Counted from the stretch's first letter, positions 35,401-47,455 are shown. The stretch: 64,000 nt of DNA from Sphyrna mokarran (GCA_024679065.1 JAGIQG010000031.1:2356001-2420000); one strand, 5' to 3'. Program-made: numbers and translations. The notes: generated by a model not told the origin, from the sequence alone.

Positions 35401-38400
35401 ACGGTTTTCACTCTACAACCTTATTTTACAAACAGTAGGGTGATATTAGCTACACTCTAATTCATAAGAAGTGTTCCAGAGTCTATAAAATCTTTGATGG
35501 TAACCACCGCTACATCCATAATTTCTCGGATCACTTCCGTAAGTAATCGGCAATGTAGATTTTCAGGCCCACTGATGCCTGTACGTTCCAAAATTCTATT
35601 AAGTTATTTGTGACCACTTTTGCGAAGGCAGATATAAAGCGTGTACTTAGATTTGTTTTATAAGTTTGTTCTCCATTATAAAACTTCCATGTTTCATGTT
35701 GGAAGGAAACTGCATTTCTCCAAAAATCTTTTTTTTTCCTCAAACACCTTCACAAATTACGCAATGATGTTTTATATTCCATACAAGCATTCAATTGTAC
35801 CATATTTTCAAAGGGGATTGTCTTCAGGAATTGTAGCGGAAAACATACCCCTGTCCACATCAATGAGGGCGAAGTAGAAAGGGTCGAGAGCCTCAAATTA
35901 TTAGATCCCCCCTGCCGACACTATATTTATGAAAGTCCAACAACACCTCGACTTTTTCAGAAGACTAAGGAAATTTGGCATGCCTGCTACGGCTCTCACA
36001 AACGTTTACAGATGCACCATAGAAAGCATTCTTTCTGGTTGTATCACAGCTCGGTATGGGCTCCTGTTCTGTCCAAGACTGCAAGTAACTACAAAAGGTG
36101 GTGGATATAGCCCAATCCATCGCGCAGCCAATCTCCGATTCATTGATTCTTTCTTCACTTCCCACTGACTCAGCGAAGCAGCCAGCATAATTAATGAGCC
36201 TCCACATTCCAGATATTCTCCCTTCCACATTCTTCCATCAGGAAAGAAAAGAGACAAAAGTCAGAGGTCATATACCAAACGACTCAAGAAATTTTGAACG
36301 AACGTATCTTACATTAAGCTGATATTTTTCTACACCGTCGGTATGACTGCAAACACTATATTCTGCACTCGCTGATTTCCTTCTCTATGAATGGTATGCT
36401 TTGTCTGTATAGCGTGTATATTAATTCATACGACAGTAATAAATCAAATCAAATCAAAATTTTCTGTTCCTTCATTATCCTTTAGGCATCTTGTGCCGAA
36501 ATCTAAACTGTTCCAAATGCTCACGGTTTTTTTTTGGCCAATGTCTATGTCCAATTAATGCATCTAAAACTATCACTTAATTTCACTTGTAAACAGTATT
36601 TTGATCACTTTTCCCGTTTTACTTTTGCTTCAGACAGAAACAAACAGTTGCCTGGTATGGAGGGCATGTCTTATGAGAAGAGACTGAGGGATTTGATGTT
36701 GTTTTCGTTAGAGAGGAGGCGGCTAAGAGGAGACCTTATCGAAGCATATAAGATGATTAGAGGTTTAGATAGGGTGGACTGTGATAGCTTTTTTCCTGGG
36801 ATGGAGAAAGCTAGCACGAGGGGACACAGCTTTAAATTAAGGGGTGATAGTTATAGGACAGATATCAGAGGCAGGTTCTTTACCCAGAGGGTGGTTAGGG
36901 AGTGGAATGCCCTGCCTGCCGCAGTTGTAGATGCGCCAAGTTTGGTGGCGTTGAAGCGGTTAGTTGATAAGTTTATGGAAGAGAAGGGGATGGTTTAGTT
37001 TGGAGGGTCATTGCTTTTTTTTTTCATAATTGGTCAGCGCAACATCGAAGGCCGAAGGGCCTGTTCTGCGCTGTAATGTTCTATGTTCTATGTTATTGCA
37101 ATTTATCTCTTGCGCCTTTCATATACGTATCACTGTTTTTTTCCATCTTCAGGAAACGTTTTCCACTCAAACATATCCAACCCGAGCCTCATACCACAAC
37201 AGTTTATTTCACGAAGATTGAGCACCCTGGTCCCACAACCAGCTTGATTCTAACGTCATTGTGTACAGTATGTTAGCTTTTATTGGCTTGATTCTAACAT
37301 CAGGCGTACAGTGTGTTAGCTTTTATTGGTAGAGGGATTGAATTTCGGAGCTGAGACGTCATGTTGCAACTGTAGAAAACTCTGGTGCGCCGGCACTTGG
37401 AGTATTGCGTACAGTTTTGGTCGCCACATTATAAGAAATATGTGGAGGCATTGGAAAGGGTGCAGAGGAGGTTTACCAGGATGTTGCCTGGGATGGTAGG
37501 CAGGTTTTATGAGGAAAGGCTAAGGGGCTTGAAGTTATTTTCATTAGAGAGAAAATAATCTCTCTAATTAAGAGGTGACCTAATTGAGACTATAAGATGA
37601 TCAGAGGGTTAGATAGGGTGAATAGTGAAAACCTTTTTCTTCGGATGGAGATGGCTAACACGAGGGGGAATAGCTTTAAATTAAGGGGAGGTAGTTATAG
37701 AGCAGATGCTAGAGGTAGTTCCCTTACTCAGAGGGTAGTAAGGGCGTAGAATACCCTGCCTGCAGCAGTTGTGGATTCAAATGGCCAGTGGATAGGCATA
37801 TGGACTGCATTGGAATAGTTAACGTTAGAGCGTCATAAGATTGGTTCCATTGGTCCGCGCAACACTGAGGGCCGAAGGGCCTGTCCTGCGCTGTAATGTT
37901 CTCTGTTCTATTACATAATACCGAGTTTACGGTGCTCCATTCCCTCATTAATTGCTCAGTGTATTGGCCGACAAAATAAAATCTGCAAGCAATCCATAAA
38001 GTCCTCCTCCTCGAGGATATTGTGACTGATTCCCAATGGATGGTACGATGCAGAGCCGTTCACAACGTTGCCTACCAGATCCAGGCACCTGCGTATAAGT
38101 CTGTATTTGGGTGACTGTTGGGAATTTGCACATTTGCCTCGTGTCTGTGTGCGTCTCCATCAGGTGTTCCGGTTTACTCTCATAGTCCAATCATGTGCAG
38201 GTTAATGAGATTGCCAATGTGAAATTGCTCCTTAGTCTCTAAACATGTATTGGTTCGGGAGATTGGCATGATGAATATGTGGGGTTACCTGGATAGGGTG
38301 TGGGAGAGGGCCCTGGAATGATATCCGTCACAGAGTCGGGCTGAGCCGATCAGCACAAATGGCCGCTTTCTGCACTGCAGTCATACCGTGATACCTTTAA

Positions 38401-38876
38401 TTCGCTTCATCCAATATATATGGAGATTAACGTTGCCCCTAATTACACATGTTCCTTTATCTTGAAAATGTCTAAGTTCCTGTCTTAAGCCATTGCAAAT
38501 CATCACTTCATGTGAGGAGTCTACATACAACTACCATTAGTGCCATAATCTATGACATTTCGAATCTGTTCCAGTGAAAGGAAAGAAACAGTCGTCCATT
38601 CCAAGGGATAAAACATCCAATTGGACATAGTATTGCAGAAGCAATATAAAGTGTTCCAATAGGAGTAGAAGTCCCAGCAGAGGTTTGAACGTTCAGTTTC
38701 AATTGGATAACATAGCGGTAATTGGGCCAGCTCTGATCCTATTAAATGGATCTTTAGGGTCAAGGGTCGAATGGCCAATTACACCTTTGAGCGATGCCAT
38801 GTTGATGACTGGTTTCTGCTTTCTCTCACAGACTCTTTACGCTCAATTGGCCTTCACTGAAGATTCAACACGATGA
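25479..38876 (+). CDS. Gene B: non-rearranging VJ-C1-TM-cytoplasmic IgSF receptor (PRARP/VJ-C1-like), 303 aa; exons 25479-25530, 29557-29895, 29980-30282, 31414-31527, 31669-31727, 38832-38876
   Basis: Six exons (52+339+303+114+59+45 = 912 nt) join with canonical GT/AG and matching phases into one complete ORF from ATG to TGA. Confidence 0.88.
25550..27030 (+). mobile_element. Decayed CR1 ORF2 3' half (gene B intron 1)
   Basis: ORF 26112-26579 (KFANDTK, WQMEFN) and 3' tail. Confidence 0.88.
28021..28598 (+). mobile_element. Young CR1 3' fragment
   Basis: Intact ORF 28037-28510, near-identical to 61815-62395. Confidence 0.95.
29117..29530 (+). mobile_element. Young CR1 3' fragment ending just upstream of the gene B V exon
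   Basis: EERLKDLRLFSLERRRLRG ORF and (TTCTATG)n tail. Confidence 0.95.
29557..29895 (+). CDS. Gene B exon 2, germline-joined VJ domain
   Basis: Acceptor ctctctcag, donor G|GTAAAT. QAVFTQTP...ELHC...VYWYKQ...RFSG...AQKEDSGVYYCAARKSNGMPFIFGKGSKLFITG includes the FGxGxxL J motif. Confidence 0.95.
29980..30282 (+). CDS. Gene B exon 3, C1-set Ig domain
   Basis: Acceptor ttttccctaaccag, donor G|GTGAGC. RPTIFLLAPP...PLMCLV...HWNVS...GMYSIRSQLTVP...GAVCTCSVH. Confidence 0.95.
31414..31527 (+). CDS. Gene B exon 4, stalk Cys plus transmembrane: DPREPFCNSLLYGGSSVIIVLFMIFAILAGWNCKHRLS
   Basis: Acceptor tttttcccccttcatcag, donor CAG|GTAGGA, 114 nt phase 1-1. Confidence 0.88.
31669..31727 (+). CDS. Gene B exon 5, cytoplasmic GIKTSRNVFANSMYCEQNET
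   Basis: Acceptor ttttatttgctttag, donor ACG|GTAAAT, phase 1 to 0. Confidence 0.75.
31960..33800 (+). mobile_element. Decayed CR1 ORF2 with an internal poly-G tract (32375-32413)
   Basis: TGEVPEE...YRAVSL.SAVGKLLE motifs and CR1-type tail. Confidence 0.75.
34740..35150 (+). mobile_element. Young CR1 3' fragment
   Basis: 3' part of ORF 34693-35064 and tail. Confidence 0.92.
35850..36460 (+). mobile_element. Rex1/Babar-type LINE 3' fragment
   Basis: QQHLDFFRRLRKFG...YRCTIESILSGCITA.YG and (ATCAA)n tail. Confidence 0.8.
36648..37095 (+). mobile_element. Young CR1 3' fragment
   Basis: LPGMEG.SYE...RRRLRGDLIE ORF and tail. Confidence 0.92.
37303..37910 (+). mobile_element. CR1 3' fragment
   Basis: gttagcttttattggtagagggattg...cacttggagtattgcgtacagttttgg and tail. 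Confidence 0.88.
38035..38390 (+). mobile_element. Decayed V-SINE
   Basis: gaatttgcacatttgcctcgtgtctgtgtg core. Confidence 0.7.
38832..38876 (+). CDS. Gene B terminal coding exon TLYAQLAFTEDSTR* (ITSM/ITIM-like)
   Basis: Strong acceptor tttctgctttctctcacag, phase 0, TxYxxL motif then stop, followed by unique AT-rich 3'UTR-like sequence. Confidence 0.7.
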   Translation, partial: TLYAQLAFTEDSTR

Positions 38877-39199
38877 TGGGAAAAACAAGTTCTGGATGTA
38901 TTCTGATATGACAGATTGAAGTATATTACCATTTTCACATATAAATTATCTTTCGTAAATCGGTAATAAACATAATTCCTTCAATATTTCCTCGATTCTA
39001 GACTCATTGACATCTACGTGCAAATTGATTTTGGAAGACAAAGAAGCGCTTGAAGACTGGAGGTGGAAGTTTTCCACTAGATAGTCCATGTTTTCCATTT
39101 TGAAACATTAAATTCTCATTAACGAATGACTGCTAAGGTCGATTTTACATTATAATAACTATTGAGCACCTGCAGTAGTTTCGACATTCTTGTTGCAAT

Positions 39200-40450
39200 G
39201 AACATCCTCTTTTGCATTACTTTCTGTCAAAGTATGTTCGCATTGCTCATCAACAAATTTTCAGTTGGTAACTGCTCCGAAGAAGGGATAGCAGTTACCC
39301 CATCGTAGCTTTTGTGGTGTAGGTATAGCCAAACCGTCAGCAAGGGGGAGGTTCAGATTAATCAGCAAAATTAATCGTCCATCAGTGCATTTCACAGATA
39401 TGATGGCTTGAAATGAAGTGATGCAAGTCCTGCTGGCTTTGGCCTTATGGCTGTAACGTTGCGGCTCTGCCATCATTCTATCAGCTGACAATTTGCAGGG
39501 CATCATATAACTGGCAAACATCCCAGCCGCTATGCCGACCATTGAGGTGGGAATGGGGCAGATAATTGGGTTAAGGTTCAAAACCAGAGAGACCGAGCTA
39601 AAGTGAATGAATTAATTTGTCTTTGGAAGTGTTCTTTTTGATCTGTTGTTGGAGAGTGCTTATCCAGTTAAATAGTGATTCTTCCAACACACTCCTGCTT
39701 TGCACCTTGCAAATTGTATGCAGATTGTCTTTAAGGATTCAGGAGTTGATATACTGGACACAGTACTTCCAGCTTTCGTCCTGTTTTATTGTATCTATTT
39801 TGGACAGTGCAATAATGCCACATATATGTTGCTGTCAATGGAAGCCCTCAGGGACTGAGTAATAGACATTCAAGGATGGAAACCTATGTGAATGTCAAAG
39901 TGTGATAGGTAGCAGTGGTCATTGCATTTCTGCGATGAAAATGTTTCCAGCCATGGTTAGAATGTTGTCTAGGTGAAAAGGAACATCTATGTTATCCAGT
40001 ATGAAAGACATTGACCCTCTCCACTATAATGAAGGGAAGGTAATTATCCAGCACCTTAATATGATTAGACCGAGGTAAAGGCCCCAGTTGCGCTAGATGG
40101 CCGTGATGGGAAGTAATGTTCTAGTGGAATTGTCAATAGGCTTGCAATATTTGCAATTCAGCAAAGGTATTTAGACAGCAAATTTCAAACCCGCCATCAC
40201 TTCCATCTAGAAGGATAAGGGCAGCAGATAAATGGGATCATCGCCGCTTGCAAGTTCACCTCCTTGCCACTCGCCATTCTTGGAAAAACATTGCCGTTCC
40301 TTTGTGGTTGCTGCATCAAAGCCCTGGAATTCTCTCCCTAAAGGTCAACACACAGATCATAGATTGCAGTGATTCAAGAAGACAGCTCACTAGTACTTTT
40401 CCAAGGTCACTTGGTGATGCGCAATAAATGCTGGCCACCCAGCAATACGA
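39200..40450. mobile_element. Old CR1/L2-clade LINE remnants (both orientations)
   Basis: Degenerate similarity to 335-1900; 3'-type tail gcaataaatgctggcc at about 40420. Confidence 0.5.
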
Positions 40451-40659
40451 ATATGTGTAAATAACATTACCCACGAAATAGCATTACTCAGAGGGTAATG
40501 CTCTGGGAAAATGTACCTAATTCATGTGTGTGATGGTTTATTTAGATAGATAATATCGAATAATAGCAATTTTATCTGACAGAACAAAGGCATTTGTTTC
40601 AAAGTTATTTATGTGCTTATTGACAAAACGTTACTCGGCTTCATAAAAAAAAAAAGAAG

Positions 40660-41230
40660 CTGTGAGCAGAAGGAGGCCATTTGGCCCTTCGTTATTATCG
40701 CCATTCATAACGATCATGTTATGAACGGACATCTCGTTCAACTCAATAGCCAAATCCTGCTTTCTTCCCATATTATTTGATCGCATTGACCCCAAGTGCT
40801 ACATGTAGCGGTCTCTTGAATGCATTCAACGCTTTTGGCATCAACTACTTTCTGTGGTAATGAGTTCAGCAGGCCTACCACACTTTGGGTGAGGAAATGT
40901 GTCCTCATCTCCATTAAATGGTCTACCCCAGGTCTTCAGTCTGTGACCCCTGCTTCTGGACATCCTCCCTGCATCTACCCTGTCTTGTCCTGTTAGAATT
41001 TTATAAGTGTCTATGCAATCCCCCTTCAATCTTTTGAACTCCAGCGAAAACAATCCCAACCTAGTCAATCTCTCATCATTCATCAGTCCCGCCATCGCCG
41101 GAGTCAGCCTGGTAATCTTTTGCAGCACTCCTTCGAGGGAAAGGACATCCTTTCTCAGAAAAGAAGAACATAACTGCATGTAGTATTCTCGGTATGGCCC
41201 CAACAAGGCCATAATCATCACAAATTCGTC
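40660..41230 (-). mobile_element. Decayed CR1 3' fragment
   Basis: ORF RLGLFSLEFKRLKGDCIDTYK. Confidence 0.8.
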
Positions 41231-44189
41231 GGTCGGGAGTACTGACTCCATGTTTTCTTCAAGAATACATCCAAGTATGTGTTAAATGTACTGAGATTTC
41301 CTATCTCAACTATATATTCGGGCAATGGAGTCCTGCATCCCTACCTCTCTCTAAGTGAATGTCTTCCATCCACTTTGCTCATCCGTCCAGCAATTAATTG
41401 AAGTTTGTGCTCAGTATATTTGATAACACTGGCAAAATAAACATGTTGTCCATATTTATTCCATGTTGGCGTCATAATCTTATACATGTCAATTAAGTAA
41501 GCCATCCATCTCCTCACTTCCAATGTTTCCTCAGAGACAATTCCCTCTGTCCTGGCAGCAATCAAGCTATGAGTCTTTATGATCTATGACTTCATAACCT
41601 TGAGAATTTCCTCTGCGCCCCAGGCAATTTTAACATAACAGCATACAAAGCAATGACAGGAGACAAATCGAGCCCCTGGAGCCTCTGTAATAGTCAGTAA
41701 CGTCATGATTTACCCGATTTGCATTCACTTTTTCTACCTGGTCTCCATAAACCATTGCTCCACAGTCAATCAAAAGCCTCTCTAATCCTATGTTCCATCT
41801 AATCCATAGTCTAACCTCCACGCTTCAATGGCGTGGTGAGAACTAAAAGCAGCAAGATATTTTGTTTACCTAATGCTGTATACACTTCTTGCGTGACTCT
41901 TTAAATTTTATTCTACAACTGGCCTCAAAAGGGAAACAAACAATCTGTTTTTTCTTTCTTCAATTGACCTACCTGTCCTAAGAACACCCAAAACTAATGG
42001 TCACACATATCGATGTTCTTCTATTTTTCTGGGAGGCTCAGTTGCATCCTTGTTATAGTGCATCTTTCTCTGATCTTTCATTTCCAAAATACATCACAAA
42101 CCGGTTTCTGGATCAAGTTCCATCCAATGCTTTCATTCCCAATCAAACAGAGAGTGTTTTTTTTTTACCCACAGGGCTAGTACTTCTTGAGACGAATTTA
42201 TAGATTGAATCAGTAGATAGGCAGGCAGATGGACAGACTGACAGACAGATAAGCTTGGACACCCAATGAAGTTGTTTGACATAGCACCTGGCGCATATAT
42301 GTGCCCAGTGAATTTGAGCTGGAGTTAAAGCTGAATGCAAAACTCCATTGTACATATCACCAGCTCTGAAGTGCAGCAAACTCTTTATTGAGTATTTGCC
42401 ACTGCAAATTGTACAACTAATTACCTTATTCTACAGATCATTGTTGTTTTTCTTAAAAAAACAAGAAAGAAAATCAGATATAGTGTGCTTCTGCTGTGCT
42501 GAGATTTCTCATTATCATATTTCGGAATGCTTTGGAATCACATTGAGATAACAAATGAAGCATACAATATTCTTTCTGTGTGTTATTTTAGATTCACGCA
42601 TGACTCCAACTTTGCTGTTCGGAATCAGACGCATCCCTATTGTTATAACATCATGAATCAGCGTTGTTTAACGAATTTTCAGTATCAACATGAAGTTTCT
42701 TTAACATCCGTTTGAAAAACAATACTAAATCTACTCAGGTCACAGGATCAATCTACTTAAGAGTTGACCTACATCTGATTTTCAGAAAAAAGTATGTCAT
42801 TATTTCCAGCTCCTAATTCTGGCAACGTTGCAATTCTGTCCTTTGCTCTATTCCAGCTCTTCGGGGACATTTCGTCAGAATTCACCCTACATACATATGT
42901 CTGAAAAATGGCAGAAACAGTTTTATTTGAGGATGCAAAGGCGGATGTCTGTGACAGTAATTTGTGAATTGGAAGATATCTTAGAGGTGTAACTCTTCCC
43001 ATGTCACCCTGATTGACATGGGATCATGTCAATTATCCTTACTGCCATTGTATTGCATTGTATCTACTTACTGTGAAACCTGTAGCCCAGCCCATTTGTG
43101 ACTAAATGATCCTTTAGTAAATTATATTGCGCATCAGAACAGGATTAACAACGTCCAGGAAATGATTAGGAAATGGAGATAACCACCGCTGGGTAAAGAA
43201 ATGGTTAATATACGCGAGACCACACTCTGTTGACTTCAGTCTAATCTGGGTTACCATTTGTTTTCTCTTTGTTGTTTAACGTGAAATTAGCCTACATGTC
43301 TTTTTGCAGAAAGCTGTGCAAGCAACTTCTTTCAATAAACAGGAAACCACAAGGGAGCAAACAACAAGGAAATATCATTCGCTTTAAGAACGTGTTCAAA
43401 ACAATCACGGCCACAATATCCGCCAGTCGCTGCATTTTTCGAATCTCTTTGTAAATTACCTCAACAGAATGTTCTTTTTTTTTGCTACCTTTGTGTGTTT
43501 AATTACATTAATCATATGCCGTGGTCAATGTATTTCTTTGCTCCCAACGTTCTGTCTCTCGCACAGGCAAACCTTCAAGGTCTGATGCACTTCATGTCAA
43601 TTCAACGTCAAACATTTGCAATCGTTCATAAGTTCACAGCGAGATACAGAAGTGGGCATTCAGTTAATCTTAAGTTCTGCCAGTAAGTACGAAAAGAAGG
43701 CATTTGCAATTACTGTAACTTGATCCTTTTTCGATGCTTTGCTTGTTTTTTTTTCTGGAAGTCACAATAATTTTCCTGGGAACCTTTGATTGATGCTTTC
43801 TGCTGCTAAGCAACTGAGGAAAATTACATTAATGCCATCAGGAGAAATACACGGTGAGAATTCCTCCCCCGATTGGCACTAATGCTCCCATCTAGCAAAG
43901 GCAACATGAACTTCGTTGATTCTGATATCAATCCTCCTAAACAGCACCTGTGTTTTTGGCTTCAAGTATTCCGTGTACAGATTAAGTTCCATCTTCTACA
44001 ATTCCACTAAACATATATCTTATTGTTGTTGCACTCGTGGTCATGTTCCACAAAGCTTGGTCTACGAAAAAGTAGAAATGTCTTCTCGATAATTTTATAA
44101 ATAATATGAAATTCTTCTAACAGGTCACCTCGCACCCTTCTGTCTTTTTCCACCCAACTTTTCTGATAGGTGAGCCAATAACCTTCAAT

Positions 44190-44710
44190 ATCAATACATA
44201 TACCGGTTACAACATGAGGAACCTGGTTGCAATAACTGTGTCTGTGAAGATTTCACGCTCCCCGTGTCTGCGTGGGTTGCCTCTAGGTGATCTGGTTTTC
44301 TCACACAGTTCAAAAATGTGCAGCATAGGTGGATTGACCTTGCTAAATTGCCCCATTCGTGTCTAAATCTGCGCACATAATGTGGATTGGCTATACTAAA
44401 TGACCCCTTTTTCTCTGAAGATGCACAGGTTAATTGAATTGGCCACAATACATTTTCCCTCCCTGTCTGGAAATGTGTCCGATCGGCTACGCTAAATTGT
44501 CCATTACTGTCCAAGAATGTGCAGGTTAGATTATTTTGCCATGCTAAATTGCTCTTTAGTGTCCCAAGGTGTGTATGTTGGTAAATTAGCCAGGGTTAAA
44601 GAGCTGAGTTCCGGTAGTGGGACAACGGAAGAGCCTAGATCCGGTGCCCTTTCCGCCAATCGGTGTTGACACACGGAGTGACCTCCCTGTGCACTGTACG
44701 TATTTTATGG
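44190..44710 (+). mobile_element. V-SINE with internal tandem expansion
   Basis: SINE core plus about 5 degenerate copies of a roughly 50 bp unit (gtgca...ggattg.c.atgctaaattg.cc). Confidence 0.7.
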
Positions 44711-44936
44711 TTCTACAGAACTGAACACAGCTAGAAATGAGTTGAGCCTGGGATTGCTGGAAACAGAAGGGTGGAGCAAAACGAAGATGAAGGATAATGT
44801 GGAAATTAGGATCGATTTTTGAATTGCAAAAAAAGTCTGTATTGGTAAATACACAGAAACAACAACAGAAATAATGTTCTGGTAAGTCAATGATAACTTT
44901 AAATATAGTATTGGAGGCACCGTGCGTTCAGTTCCA

Positions 44937-44967
<31 letters not shown>

Positions 44968-45519
44968 CTAAATAATATAAATGGATAAATCTGAATTGCA
45001 CGCATCATATCCACACAATATAGAATTTGTCCTCAAGGAATTACTTACAATTAACACTTCTGAGAATATGTGTATACAGCTGGTAAACATTTTGTTAATG
45101 TACCGTATGCAAGAAGGACAATGGGTATTTATTGTGTTAACAGTGAGATTCGGCAGAGATTGTTCTTTTAAACCTCTAATTTTACTGTTGTAATGCAGTT
45201 GCTCGAAGCTTCCCATTTCGTGTATGTGTCCTCTTTAAGCACCTCCTCCCCCAACACACCCGCCAGCCTTAACTGTAACATTCAGACTAAATGGGAGAAC
45301 TGAAAACATATTGCTGAGTTAAAATGACAAAGTCTGATTTCAATTCACGGACTGATTGGATGTTGTTCCATCATGAACAGCCACAGAGTCTTTGTCTGAT
45401 CACGATTTTGTTCAGCAGGACAAATTCTGAGCTAAAAATGAGGCGCACTAAATTTAAAACAAATTACAAATATATTGATGTTTTACACTGAGGCGGAACG
45501 ACATCAAGACAACAACTCA

Positions 45520-46982
45520 TTCTGTAAACTATTAATTCTTCGCCATTGTCTGTATTCTCTGCTGAAAAGCGATCTAATTTCACAGGGACATTTTAATTTT
45601 TACCTGTTTGAAAAGGTAAGTTAAAGCAAAATTAGATTTCCCAAATATCCTTCACATTAATTCGTGAAAGTTTTTTTTTTGAATTGTTGTTTTCCCGTGA
45701 GATTGTGTCTGATGAATCAAGCGCACTTGATCTGAAAACAACATTGTTTTTGAAATCAGCACTGCATTGGCGTGTGATGAAAATAAACGTTTCTGATTCG
45801 GGAACTTTGCAGAATGTTTGTAGATCTCCCTGTAAACACTCAAAGAGTGATTAGGGAGTGGAATGCCCTGCCTGCAGCTGTTGTAGATGCGCCAAGTTTG
45901 GTGGCGTTTAAGAGGTTAGTTGATAAGTATATGGATGAGAAGGGAATGGTTTAGTTAGGAGGGGCATTGCTTTTTATTTTGGTCGGCACAACATCGAAGG
46001 CCGAAGGGCCTGTTCTGTGCTGTATTGTTCTATGTTCTATGTTCTATGTTCTAAAACAAATATTTGTTCAATGAATATTATGAATAAAGTATGAAATTTA
46101 TTCCTTCACTGATATCCGTGTTAATTCTATCAGTGGCGTTGCTGATAAATTTAAGTGCGGAGAAGACAAAACAGAAAATCACCTACCAAGAGCAGGAATT
46201 CCACAATGTGTACCCTTTGGTTTCTGATCCATGTTGCATTGACATTAACGAGTCCAGAAAATAAGATACAACCATTATCTTCACTCACGCTTTTTTCAGG
46301 AATACTGCACATGGCTGTTCTATACCTCGAAAGGTTTATTTGGCATCACGAGTCTTCGGAGTGCTGTCCATTCATCAGGTGAGTGGGACAGTTACCCAGT
46401 CGTGTTTTCCCAGTAAATTAGACTGATTTGTAAATAAAAGTGATCTCCACGCCACAGCCAGATACACCTTAATACAGTTAAACCAAAGAAAATGTATTGA
46501 TATGAGCTTTGCCATTTCAATCGTCTACCCATCTACATTCTCCATCTTTTTTTGTGTGAATGCAAATAAAAAAAATCCTTCCCGTATGTACAATGCAGTA
46601 CCTCAAAGGCCCAAATGTTAGTAACTACGCATCTTTCAGGGAGCAAATATCGTGAAATATATCTACGCATTCAATCAGCTAACCCCTTTTTTGCACGGGT
46701 TTATTTCTGTAAACTATTAATTCTTCGCCATTGTCTGTATTCTCTGTTGAAAAGCGATCTAATTTCACACGGACATTTTTATTTTTACCTGGCTGAAAAG
46801 GTAAGTTAAAGCAAAATTAGAATTCCCAAATATTCTTCACATTAATTTGTGAAAGCTTTTTTTTTAAATTGTTGTTTTCCCGAGAGATTGTGCCTGATGA
46901 GTCAAGCGCACTTGATCTGAAAACAACATTGTTTTTGAAATCAGCACTGCATTGGCGTGTGATGAAAATAAACGTTTCTGAT
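45520..46982. repeat. 278-bp direct duplication (45520-45797 and 46705-46982)
   Basis: Colinear copies, roughly 90% identical by eye. Confidence 0.9.
45840..46052 (+). mobile_element. Very short young CR1 3' end
   Basis: Matches the 3' end of the 28021-28598 copy; (TTCTATG)n tail. Confidence 0.92.
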
Positions 46983-47419
46983 AGCGGGCTACATTTCACA
47001 CTAAAGTAACATAAACCCCGTGATTGAATGGATTGAGATTGCCGTGGGTTTGCACAATCTTCCTGCAATCGCCTCCTGTTTGCTGTCTCCTGCAGTTCTC
47101 AACCCCACCTCAAGACATCTCCCGGGAAGGAAAAGCTCCGCTCTCAGGAGAAAACAACAAATAGAGGATCCCCAGAGGAAAGGTTAAGAACATTGAGAAT
47201 GAACGCAACAAAAGCAACTGTAGGCTCTGGTACAAGATTCACTGACAGGGCAAACCAACGTCAGATAGTAGCTGTAATTGGTCATTCAGCATCAGTCTTG
47301 TCGCTATCACCAACATACGTATGGACAGTAAAAACAAGCTGAAAAATATTATACTACTGAAGCGAATTTAATAAGATAAATGTTGAATAATGGACAGAGA
47401 GGGTTCCGCAGATAGATAG

Positions 47420-47455
47420 GTGGTGTGTGTGCATGTGTGTGTGTGTGTGTGTGTG

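Noticed and set aside
46155-46385. ORF with a signal-like stretch and a CAG|GTGAGT donor
   Set aside because: The 3' part (cggagtgctgtccattcatcaggtgagt) resembles a common Penelope-type repeat end in shark genomes, and no coherent gene model could be built.
47110-47195. - strand signal-peptide-like ORF MFLTFPLGILYLLFSPESGAFPSREMS*
   Set aside because: Stops after 27 codons with no in-frame donor.
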